From: Methylothermaceae bacterium
Lineage (GTDB): Bacteria > Pseudomonadota > Gammaproteobacteria > Methylococcales > Methylothermaceae
Reading direction: 5' to 3'
Assembly: GCA_026982635.1 (NCBI GenBank)
Contig: JALSGR010000229.1
Coordinates: 1 to 51,080, forward strand
Length of the DNA stretch: 51,080 bases
The notes under the pieces are model-generated. The model had not been told where the DNA came from. It searched no databases and saw only the letters and a program-made list of their open reading frames with translations. Below, piece by piece: positions 1 to 8,159 of the stretch. The translations under genes were made by a program, and so were the position numbers. Position 1 is the stretch's first letter, and each line of letters begins with the position of its first letter.

Positions 1-5
1 GCCGC

Positions 6-761
6 ATGAACGCCCTGGTGATCGCCGCACGCGAACTGCGCAGTCTGTTCCTGTCGCCGCTGGCTTGGTGCATCCTGGCCGTGGTGCAATTGTTGCTGGC
101 CTACATCTTTCTGGCCCAGATCGAATATTTCCAGATGCTGCAGCCGCGCCTGGCCATCTTGAGCGACAGCCCCGGGGTGACGGATCTGATCGCCGTTCCC
201 CTGTTCGGCAACGCCGGCGTCATCCTGCTGCTGGTGGTGCCGCTGCTGACCATGCGCCTCATCGCCGAGGAGCGCCGCAACCGCACCCTGAGTCTGCTGT
301 TCAGCGCCCCGGTCTCGGTGGCCGAGATCGTGCTGGGAAAATATCTGGGGATTCTGGCCCTGTTGGGCATCATGGTGGCCATGATCACCGCCATGCCCCT
401 GTCGCTTTCCCTGGGCACCCATCTGGATTGGGGCAAGCTGGCCGCCTGCGTGCTGGCGCTCTGCCTGCTCCTGGCCGCCTTCGCCGCCATCGGACTGTTC
501 CTCTCCACCCTGGCGGCCCAGCCGGCGGTCGCCGCGGTGGGCAGCTTCGGCGTCCTGCTGCTCTTGTGGATCATCGACTGGAGCGTCGCCATCGGCACGG
601 AGAATGAAAAGGTCCTGGGCTACCTGTCCTTGTTGCGCCATTACGAGAACCTTACCAAGGGCCTGGTGAGCACCGTCGATGTCAGCTACTTTCTGCTGCT
701 GATCGCGACGTTTCTGATCTTGAGCATCCGCCGCCTCGATTACGACCGGTTGCAAAAATGA
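6..761 (+). CDS. ABC-2 type transporter permease (GldF-like)
   Basis: About 6 hydrophobic segments; ARELRSLF and LTMRLIAEERRNRTL motifs; overlaps the start of the next gene. Confidence 0.85.
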   Translation: MNALVIAARELRSLFLSPLAWCILAVVQLLLAYIFLAQIEYFQMLQPRLAILSDSPGVTDLIAVPLFGNAGVILLLVVPLLTMRLIAEERRNRTLSLLFSAPVSVAEIVLGKYLGILALLGIMVAMITAMPLSLSLGTHLDWGKLAACVLALCLLLAAFAAIGLFLSTLAAQPAVAAVGSFGVLLLLWIIDWSVAIGTENEKVLGYLSLLRHYENLTKGLVSTVDVSYFLLLIATFLILSIRRLDYDRLQK

Positions 762-2107
762 AGATCGACCGCCACATTCACCGGCAGATCCGGCTGCAAC
801 ACCTGATTTTCACCGCCCTGTTCCTGACCCTGGTAGGGCTGCTGGCATGGTTGTCGCAGCGCTATTACACCGAATGGGACTGGACGGCGGCGGGACGCCA
901 CACCCTGTCGGAAGCCAGCCGCAAGGTCCTGCGGACTCTGGAAGGGCCGGTCACCGTCACCGCCTACGCCCGGGAGGACAATCAGCTGCGCGAACGCATC
1001 CGCGAGCTGGTGCTGCCCTATCAGCGCAGCAAGGCCGATCTGAAACTGGTGTTCGTGAATCCGGATCTACATCCGGAAAAGGTGCGGGAACTGGGGATCA
1101 CCATGGATGGGGAACTGGTCATCGACTATCACCAACACACGGAAAAAATCCACGACCTGAGCGAAACCGCCCTGACCAACGCCTTGGTGCGCCTGGCGGG
1201 AAGCGGCGAACAGAAAGTCGTCTTCGTCACCGGTCACGGTGAACGCAGCCCCGAAGGGGATGCCAACTTCGATCTGGGACGGTTCGGCGACAATCTGCGC
1301 CAACGGGGCGTGACGATCGTCACCTGGAATCCGGTCAAGGACCCGCAACTGCCGCAAGACGCTTCCCTGGTGGTGATCGCCAGTCCCCGGACGACCTACC
1401 TGCCCGGGGAAGTGAAATTACTGAAACAGTACCTGGAGAAAGGGGGCAACCTCTGGTGGATGGCGGAACCCGGCGACCTTCAAGGCCTTGAGCCTTTGGC
1501 GGAGGCCCTCGGGATCCGCTGGCTTCCCGGGGTGGTGGTCGATCCCACCGGCAGCGCCCTCGGCATCGGCGACCCGACCTTCGCCCTGGTGGTGGAATAC
1601 CCGCCCCACCCCATCACCCGCAACTTTCAAAATCTGACTCTGTTCCCACAGGCCCGGGCCCTGGCGCGCACGGACGACGAAAATTACGTCGCCGTCCCTT
1701 TCCTGCGCTCCCTGCCCCGGGCCTGGACCGAGCGCGGCCCGCTGGAAGGCGAGATCCGCTTCGATCCGGATCAGGGGGAACAGGAAGGCCCCCTGACGCT
1801 GGGTTTGGCTCTGACCCGGGAACGGGACCAGGATCGGGAGCAGCGGATCGTCGTCATGGGTGACGGGGACTTTCTCGCCAACACCTACCTCGGCAACGGC
1901 GGCAATCTCGATCTGGGCCTCAACATCGTCCAGTGGCTCAGCCACAACGACCGCCTGATCGACATACCCGCCAAAACCGCGCCCGACACCCAGTTGCAAT
2001 TGTCTTCCCTGGCGCTGGTGCTCATCGGCCTGGGGTTTCTCGTGGTGCTCCCCCTGACGCTGCTGAGCACCGGCCTGGTGATCTGGTGGCGCCGGAGGCG
2101 GATCTGA
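758..2107 (+). CDS. GldG-family ABC auxiliary component
   Basis: N- and C-terminal TM helices; WDWT..RHTLSEAS, TGHGE and GDGDF..N motifs. Confidence 0.85.
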   Translation: MKIDRHIHRQIRLQHLIFTALFLTLVGLLAWLSQRYYTEWDWTAAGRHTLSEASRKVLRTLEGPVTVTAYAREDNQLRERIRELVLPYQRSKADLKLVFVNPDLHPEKVRELGITMDGELVIDYHQHTEKIHDLSETALTNALVRLAGSGEQKVVFVTGHGERSPEGDANFDLGRFGDNLRQRGVTIVTWNPVKDPQLPQDASLVVIASPRTTYLPGEVKLLKQYLEKGGNLWWMAEPGDLQGLEPLAEALGIRWLPGVVVDPTGSALGIGDPTFALVVEYPPHPITRNFQNLTLFPQARALARTDDENYVAVPFLRSLPRAWTERGPLEGEIRFDPDQGEQEGPLTLGLALTRERDQDREQRIVVMGDGDFLANTYLGNGGNLDLGLNIVQWLSHNDRLIDIPAKTAPDTQLQLSSLALVLIGLGFLVVLPLTLLSTGLVIWWRRRRI

Positions 2108-2955
2108 TGAGCGGCTGGCGTCCGATCGTCGTTCTATTGGTGCTGGTGACCGGCCTGGGCGCGTGGGTCGCCTGGCTGCAAAGCCGCCCCGAGCCGGCGG
2201 AACCGAAACTGACCGATCTCGATCCCCAGGCGATCGCCCGGATCACGGTCAAATACCAGGACCAGGTACTTCGCTTTCAGCGCCACGACGACGGCTGGCG
2301 GATGGAGCAGCCCTACACGGCGCCGGCCGATCCCTACCGGATCGAACAAATCCTCGAGCTGCCACGGGCCAAAAGCCACGCCCGCTATGCCATCCCCCCC
2401 GACGACTGGCCCCGCTTCGGACTGGCTCCCCCGAAGGCGGAAATCGAGCTCGACGGCCATCGGTTTCGTTTCGGCCGGCAGAATCCCATCGACTTCCGCC
2501 GCTACGTGCAGGTGGACGAAAACGCGGTCCACCTGATCGACGACACCCTGTTCCACGCGCTCACTTCGCCGGCCAGCGACTGGCTGGACACCCGGCTGCT
2601 TCCGGCCGGTGCCGCCATCCGGGGCCTGACAGTGCCGGGCTGGCGAGTCCAAATGTCGGCCAAGGGAAGCTGGCGTTCGGAGCCGGAACTCGACCCAGCC
2701 GTATTGCAACGCTGGGTCGATGAATGGCGCAACGCCCGGGTGCTCCGCATCATGTCCCACCCGGCTCCGCCGCCCAAGGACAAACCGGCCATACGGGTCG
2801 AGCTGGAAGACGGCGCGCTGACCTTCGTCCTGCTGGAACGGGAACCGGAAGTGATCCTGTTGCGCCCGGATCTAAAGCTCGCCTACCACTTCTACCGCGA
2901 AACCGGGGTCCGTCTGCTACAACCGCCGGAAACCGAGCAAGCACCGGACGCCTGA
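2107..2955 (+). CDS. DUF4340 domain protein
   Basis: Start reassigned to ATG 2107 (TGATG overlap with upstream stop); N-terminal membrane anchor; GWRM..P..APAD and FGL..P motifs; usual third gene of this operon. Confidence 0.75.
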   Translation: MSGWRPIVVLLVLVTGLGAWVAWLQSRPEPAEPKLTDLDPQAIARITVKYQDQVLRFQRHDDGWRMEQPYTAPADPYRIEQILELPRAKSHARYAIPPDDWPRFGLAPPKAEIELDGHRFRFGRQNPIDFRRYVQVDENAVHLIDDTLFHALTSPASDWLDTRLLPAGAAIRGLTVPGWRVQMSAKGSWRSEPELDPAVLQRWVDEWRNARVLRIMSHPAPPPKDKPAIRVELEDGALTFVLLEREPEVILLRPDLKLAYHFYRETGVRLLQPPETEQAPDA

Positions 2956-3767
2956 TGCCGGAACTGCCGGAAGTCGAGACCACCCGCCGCGGCCTAGCGC
3001 CTTCCCTGCGCGGCCGACGCATGGTCGCCGTCCAGGTCCGTCAGCCGCGCCTGCGCCGGCCGGTCCCCCCGGACCTCGGCAACCGAGTGGGCGGCAAAAC
3101 GATTCAGGGGATCGAACGACGCGGTAAATATCTGCTTTTCAGCCTCGACGGCGGCACCCTCATCGTCCACCTGGGAATGTCGGGCAGCCTGCGCCTCGTC
3201 AGGCGAGCGACGCCCGAAAAACACGACCACCTGATTCTTTCCCTGGACGACGGCCGTCATCTGGTGCTGCGGGATCCCCGCCGCTTCGGCACCGTCCTCT
3301 GGTGGCAAGGTCCCGTCGACGAACACCCCTTGCTCAGGGATCTGGGAGTCGAACCGTTGGAGCGGGAATTCGACGCCGACTTCCTTTACCGTTCGACGCG
3401 CTCCAGCCGACGGCCGATCAAGAATCTCCTCATGGACCAGCGTCTCGTCGCCGGCATCGGCAACATCTACGCCAACGAGGCCTTGTTCCTCGCCGGCGTC
3501 CACCCTACCCGGCCAGCCGACTCCCTGGAGCGGGAGGAATGCGATCGCCTGGCCACCGCCATCAAGACGGTGCTCGCCCGGGCGATCGACGAAGGCGGCA
3601 CCACTCTGCGGGATTTCGTCAACGATCGAGGACAACCCGGTTATTTTCAGCTGACCCTGGGGGTGTACGGCCGGGCGGGACAGCCCTGCCCCCGCTGCCA
3701 CACCCCGATTCAGCGGCTGACACTAGGACAGCGAGCCACCTATTTCTGCCACCGCTGCCAGAAATGA
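2955..3767 (+). CDS. mutM: Formamidopyrimidine-DNA glycosylase
   Basis: MPELPEVET N-terminus, RRGKY, GIGNIYANE, C-terminal CPRC..CHRCQ zinc finger; TGATG overlap. Confidence 0.97.
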   Translation: MPELPEVETTRRGLAPSLRGRRMVAVQVRQPRLRRPVPPDLGNRVGGKTIQGIERRGKYLLFSLDGGTLIVHLGMSGSLRLVRRATPEKHDHLILSLDDGRHLVLRDPRRFGTVLWWQGPVDEHPLLRDLGVEPLEREFDADFLYRSTRSSRRPIKNLLMDQRLVAGIGNIYANEALFLAGVHPTRPADSLEREECDRLATAIKTVLARAIDEGGTTLRDFVNDRGQPGYFQLTLGVYGRAGQPCPRCHTPIQRLTLGQRATYFCHRCQK

Positions 3768-3768
3768 C

Positions 3769-4533
3769 TCAAAGCTGCAATTCTTCTTCCAGGGAAGGAC
3801 CCGCTTCCTCCTCGGGCGCTTGCTCGGGCACGACTCCCTGCAATAGATCGACACCCTGTTCCACTTCTTCGAGCTTGTCCTCGAAGCGGGCGCCGTGATC
3901 GATGCTGACCGTAGCGCCTTTCACCAGCGTCAACTTGTGTCCCGGGGCGACGAAGTTGATCACCAACCGGCCTTTCAGGGTACGGGGGCCGGCGATCAGA
4001 TAGCGTTTCTTGCCCTTGCTCTCGAAGATGGCGCTGTCGATGTCCTCACCCACCACCCGGTCGAACGGCTCGGCGATCCGATCCTCGGCGCCGCCCTGGG
4101 AAAAGATGCCGGTGAAGCGGACATGATTGCCGCTGGGAACGCCGACCCCGGTCGGCGGGGCGAAGAAACCGGCGATCTTGGCCCGCGCCATGACGTGGCC
4201 GTTGGGACCCGGCGGAAAGGTATGGCTGAACTCGATGACCACGTCGGACAACCCCTGGGAGGATGCGGTCGCCGCCGCCGTCCCACCTGCCGTGGCCACG
4301 AAGGTGACATTGTGTAAACTGATGATGTCGCGCCGGGCGTCGCTGAAGCAGATCTGCGGCACTTTGCCGATTTCATCGGCCTCGATCCGGACGCCGGGGT
4401 ATTCCCCCGCGATTTCGATGCAGGTCTGGCTTTCCTGTTGCGGAACCAGTTTCTTCCCCTGGATGACCACCTCGAAAGCGAAGCCCCAGGTGCTCCAGCC
4501 GAGCAAAACGGCACCCATTACGATCTGTCGCAT
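3769..4533 (-). CDS. Hypothetical exported protein
   Basis: Likely start MRQIV at 4533 gives a signal peptide ending GFA; two Cys; acidic C-terminal tail; no family recognised. Confidence 0.7.
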   Translation of the reverse strand: MRQIVMGAVLLGWSTWGFAFEVVIQGKKLVPQQESQTCIEIAGEYPGVRIEADEIGKVPQICFSDARRDIISLHNVTFVATAGGTAAATASSQGLSDVVIEFSHTFPPGPNGHVMARAKIAGFFAPPTGVGVPSGNHVRFTGIFSQGGAEDRIAEPFDRVVGEDIDSAIFESKGKKRYLIAGPRTLKGRLVINFVAPGHKLTLVKGATVSIDHGARFEDKLEEVEQGVDLLQGVVPEQAPEEEAGPSLEEELQL

Positions 4534-4641
4534 GCATCCCCCATTTTTAAGCTCACTTGCACCAGCTAAAACTATAGCATCATCCCCCCTGCGGCGGCAC
4601 CTCGACACCGAACCCGCCGCACCAATCCGCTTTCCAGAGAC

Positions 4642-4669
4642 GGAAAACGCCGGTCTTCCGGCGTTTTCC
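4642..4669. terminator. Inverted repeat downstream of sqr, probable terminator
   Basis: GGAAAACGCCGG-TCTT-CCGGCGTTTTCC. Confidence 0.7.
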
Positions 4670-4680
4670 TTCCGGTTCCA

Positions 4681-5898
4681 TCAGCTCAAAGGCCACATGG
4701 GCGTGTCGCCGCCCTTGAGGAGGACGTTCCAGTAGTACCAGGGAAGAAAATACTTCTTGAACCAGTACATGCTGCGACGTTCCTTGCTTTGATCGATGGG
4801 GAAGGTCTCTTTGGGCAGCAGGTTGTAGTCGAATTCGGCCAGCACCAGCTTGCCGTAACCGGTCGTCAAGGGACAGGAGGCGTAACCGTCGTAAGCGGCG
4901 ATGCCTTCGCCACCCCCCATGTCGGTGATCAGGTTGCTGACCACCACGTAGGTCTGGCTCCTGGCGGCCGCCGCGGTCTTGGAATTGGGCGTGTTGGTGC
5001 AGTCGCCCAGGCCATAGACGTCGTCATACTTGACATGACGCAGGGTATGCTTGTCGACGTTCATCCAGCCTGCCTCGTCCGCCAGAGGGGATTCCTTCAG
5101 AAACGCCGGCGGCCGCATCGGCGGCGTGACGTGGAGGAAGTCGAAAGCGTGGGTTTGCCGATCCCCGGTGGAAATGTGCTCGAAAGTGGCCTCCTTCTTG
5201 TCCGGATCGATGGCGACCAGATGATGCTGGAAATGGGTTTCGACCGCTTTGCGCTTCAGGACTTCGTTCAACGTCCTGGCATAGCGTTTGACCGGGAAGA
5301 TGCCGGGCGCGGCCGAAAAGAACAGAATCTTGCTCTTTCCCCGCACGCTGCGTTTGCGCCAGGCGTCGTCCGACAGGTACATGATCTTTTGCGCCGCGCC
5401 CGGACACTTGAAGGGGGGCTTGGGCTGGGTGAAGATCGCCGTGCCGCCGGAAAAGTTCTTGACCGCCTCCCACACCAGGGGGGCATAATCGTAATCGTAG
5501 ATGGATACGACGCCGATGTTACGCTGCAACGCATCCTGAAGGCCGGGGACGGCGTCCCAGGCGATCTCGATACCGGCGGCGACGACTAGATATTCGTAAG
5601 TGACCGTTTTGCCTGCGGCGGTCTTCAAAGACTTGTTTTCGGGATAGAATTCCGCCACCGCATCCTGAATCCAGGTCACGCCTTCGGGAATCACGTCCTT
5701 CATCGGCCGCCAGGTGGCTTTCGGCTTCATCTCGCCGGCGCCCACCAGGGTCCAACCCGGCTGATAGTAGTGCACGTCTTTCGGTTCCAACACCGCGACG
5801 TCGAGGGACTCGTCGATCTTTTTCAAATGGGCGGCGACAGCCAGACCCGCGGTTCCACCCCCGACGATGACCACCTTATGGGAGAGGGTTTCTGCCAT
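4681..5898 (-). CDS. sqr: Sulfide:quinone oxidoreductase, type II-like
   Basis: GGGTAG FAD motif, HYYQPGWTLVGAG, KCPGAAQK and YASCPLTTGYGKLVLAEFDY catalytic Cys motifs; AGGAGG RBS. Confidence 0.9.
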   Translation of the reverse strand: MAETLSHKVVIVGGGTAGLAVAAHLKKIDESLDVAVLEPKDVHYYQPGWTLVGAGEMKPKATWRPMKDVIPEGVTWIQDAVAEFYPENKSLKTAAGKTVTYEYLVVAAGIEIAWDAVPGLQDALQRNIGVVSIYDYDYAPLVWEAVKNFSGGTAIFTQPKPPFKCPGAAQKIMYLSDDAWRKRSVRGKSKILFFSAAPGIFPVKRYARTLNEVLKRKAVETHFQHHLVAIDPDKKEATFEHISTGDRQTHAFDFLHVTPPMRPPAFLKESPLADEAGWMNVDKHTLRHVKYDDVYGLGDCTNTPNSKTAAAARSQTYVVVSNLITDMGGGEGIAAYDGYASCPLTTGYGKLVLAEFDYNLLPKETFPIDQSKERRSMYWFKKYFLPWYYWNVLLKGGDTPMWPLS

Positions 5899-5989
5899 GG
5901 TTCAGCCTCCTGATGCTCGTTATATGAAATTTTATTCTTGATATAGAACGGAATTTGATAATACCCCGTCTTCCCACGACCGCCAAGTG

Positions 5990-6526
5990 TCACTCACGCA
6001 CCGGCCGCTTGTCCAGTTTACGCTGCAGGGTGCGCCGGTGCATTCCCAGGGCGCGGGCGGCGGCAGAGATATTGCCGCCGTGCTCCATCAGGACCTTCTG
6101 CAGATACTCCCATTCCAGGCGCTTGACCGACAGCGGCCGTTCCTTGATCGCCACGTTGGGATCCCCGTCTTCCTTGTGAAGGGCGGCGACCACCTCGTCG
6201 GCATCGGCGGGCTTGGTGAGGTAATGGGTCGCCCCGAGCTTGATGGCCTCCACCGCCGTCGCGATGCTGGCGTATCCGGTCAGGATCACGATCCGGGTGT
6301 TGGCGTCGAGCGCCTTGAGCGCCTTGACCAGGGCAAGCCCGGAGTCGTGGCCGATGCGCAAATCGATCACGGCGTACTCGGGAGTCAACTTCTCCGCCAG
6401 ACGCAAGCCCTCGTTCAGATTCAGCGCGACGCTGACCTCGAAGCCACGCTTGATCAGGGCGCGCTCCAACACCTGGCAAAACACCTCGTCGTCGTCGACT
6501 AACAACAATCGTGGATGGTCACTCAT
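5990..6526 (-). CDS. regA: RegA/PrrA/ActR-family response regulator
   Basis: LTGYASIATAVEAIKLGA..YLTKP and WEY...GNISAAARALGMHRRTLQRKL Fis-type HTH. Confidence 0.93.
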   Translation of the reverse strand: MSDHPRLLLVDDDEVFCQVLERALIKRGFEVSVALNLNEGLRLAEKLTPEYAVIDLRIGHDSGLALVKALKALDANTRIVILTGYASIATAVEAIKLGATHYLTKPADADEVVAALHKEDGDPNVAIKERPLSVKRLEWEYLQKVLMEHGGNISAAARALGMHRRTLQRKLDKRPVRE

Positions 6527-7844
6527 GTCTTTCCCGGCAATTCAACAAAGGCAAACGGATGCGGGTACAGAATCCACCCTGGGACAAACGCTCCATGTCG
6601 ATCTCCCCCCCCAGACGCTCGATGGTGGCGTAGGCCAGGAACAGGCCGACGCCCAAACCCTGTTTCTTGGACGCCACCGGCTGGCGTCCCAGTTGGCGGC
6701 GCAGATTGGGTTCGATCCCTGGCCCCTGGTCGATCACGACCAGCTCCAAACGCCGGCGATTCCACCAGGCCCGTAGGACGACCGGTTCGCTGGAGACATC
6801 GGCGGCATTGTTGAGAATGTTCAGCAGCGCATGGATCAAGGTGTGTTCCGCCAGGATTCGGGCCTGACCGTCGGTCTCGGGTGCGATTTCCAGCTGCAAC
6901 TTGCCATGCGGCCGCTGTTGGCGCCAGCGGCTGACCAACTTTTCGAGAAAACGCCGCACCTCCTCCATATGACCGGCTTCCGCCCGGACCTGCCCCGCCG
7001 AGGCGGACATGATCGACAACGCCGTTTTGCAGCGTTCGATCTGATCCTTGAAAATCAGCAACCGCTGGCGCAATTCGGCATGTTCCTCGCCGCCGTAATC
7101 CTCCAGCAGTTCCTGCAACAGGATCGCCATGGTTCCCAGGGGCGTGCCCATCTCGTGGGCCGCGCCCGCCGCCAGGGTTCCCAGGGCCACCAGGCGCTCG
7201 TCGCGCAGGGCCTGCTCGCGAATCTCGGCCAGTCTGCGCTCCCGTTCCCGCAGGGTGTTGGCCATCTCCACCACGAAGTAGGCCACCAGCCCGGCGCTGA
7301 AGACGAAACCCACCCAGGTTCCGAAGGCGTGGAGCTCGAAACGCTGTCGCTTTCCTGCTTCCGGCGGCAACAGGGTCGGATCGACCACTTCGGCGACCGG
7401 AATGGAGGGCAGCGGATGATAATGAAAGATCAGAACGGTATAGCCGCCGCAGGTCAACAGCATCATATACCAGGTGTAGCGCTGCGGCAGAACCGTGGCG
7501 GTAATGATCAAGGGCAGCAACAAGAACCAGGCCATGGGATTGGTGGCCCCGCCGGCGAAATACAACAAGGCCGTGATGATCACGGCGTCCAGACACAGAT
7601 GGGCGAACAACTCCCATTCCGCCACCGGATACTCGTGCTGCAGCCGATACCAGGTGAGACAATTCAAGGCCACCACCAGGGCGATGATGCCCCACAGGGG
7701 ATCGGTATTCAGGGGCACGCCGATTCCGTACACCGTCACCAGAATGATCACCACTTCGGCGACGATGAGAAGATTGCGCAGCACGAACAACCAATGGAGG
7801 TTCCGGCGGGCGGCCTCGGCGGAATGAAGCGGAATCTGCAGCAT
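6519..7844 (-). CDS. regB: RegB/PrrB/ActS-family redox sensor histidine kinase
   Basis: TM domain with GGATNP quinone-binding motif; AAGAAHEMGTPL H-box; DQIERC redox Cys; GLGVGLFL G2 box. Confidence 0.93.
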   Translation of the reverse strand: MLQIPLHSAEAARRNLHWLFVLRNLLIVAEVVIILVTVYGIGVPLNTDPLWGIIALVVALNCLTWYRLQHEYPVAEWELFAHLCLDAVIITALLYFAGGATNPMAWFLLLPLIITATVLPQRYTWYMMLLTCGGYTVLIFHYHPLPSIPVAEVVDPTLLPPEAGKRQRFELHAFGTWVGFVFSAGLVAYFVVEMANTLRERERRLAEIREQALRDERLVALGTLAAGAAHEMGTPLGTMAILLQELLEDYGGEEHAELRQRLLIFKDQIERCKTALSIMSASAGQVRAEAGHMEEVRRFLEKLVSRWRQQRPHGKLQLEIAPETDGQARILAEHTLIHALLNILNNAADVSSEPVVLRAWWNRRRLELVVIDQGPGIEPNLRRQLGRQPVASKKQGLGVGLFLAYATIERLGGEIDMERLSQGGFCTRIRLPLLNCRERHE

Positions 7845-7868
7845 CACTATCCGGGGTCTATCCCCTGG

Positions 7869-7914
7869 TGCGACAATTTGTCACATGGCGAAGTTCGCCA
7901 CGACCCACTAGACT
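7869..7914 (+). promoter_or_regulatory. RegA-type box 1 with -10 element
   Basis: TGCGACAATTTGTCACA (7869-7885), 23 nt, then TAGACT (7909-7914); fits the GCG(G/A)C-N5-GTCGC style of RegA/RegR boxes with one mismatch. Confidence 0.7.
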
Positions 7915-7920
7915 ATTGAT

Positions 7921-8004
7921 CAAGGTAATTGCTCGATTACCTCCTGTCTCACATCGATTTCCTCCTTGATGCGCAGGGAGTTCCTCTCCCTGCCGATTTC
8001 TTTT
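7921..8004 (+). ncRNA. Candidate sRNA 1 (~85 nt, anti-SD motifs)
   Basis: Hairpin AGGTAATT/GATTACCT; CCTCCT at 7940 and 7961; terminator GCAGGGAG-TTCCT-CTCCCTGC then CGATTTCTTTT; no credible ORF; ends inferred. Confidence 0.55.
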
Positions 8005-8021
8005 GCCCGGTTTTTGCCTCG

Positions 8022-8068
8022 ATGCGACAATTTGTCGCATTCCAATCACTCAAGATCGCTGCTATGCT
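8022..8068 (+). promoter_or_regulatory. RegA-type box 2 with extended -10
   Basis: Palindrome ATGCGACAA-T-TTGTCGCAT (8022-8040); TGnTATGCT with TATGCT at 8063-8068; same box-to-(-10) spacing as unit 1. Confidence 0.75.
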
Positions 8069-8074
8069 GCAATC

Positions 8075-8159
8075 GCGTTCGGCAAAACCGAACTGTTGCA
8101 TGACAGTAGTGCAATACTCCTCCTCTTTGACAGCAGGGAAAAATCCCTGCTGTTTTTTT
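8075..8159 (+). ncRNA. Candidate sRNA 2 (~85 nt, anti-SD motif)
   Basis: Hairpins 8077-8093 and 8094-8116; single-stranded CTCCTCCTCTTT; terminator ACAGCAGGGA-AAAA-TCCCTGCTGT plus T-run, oriented for + strand. Confidence 0.6.

Noticed and set aside
8077-8093. GGCAAAACC resembling the c-di-GMP-I riboswitch start
   Set aside because: No GNRA-capped P2, no receptor helix and no downstream + strand gene
8046-8114. Possible 22-aa minus-strand peptide (TTG start after GAGGAGGAG)
   Set aside because: TTG start with short spacing, and it does not explain the duplicated promoter-terminator layout; Ribo-seq would be needed to exclude it fully
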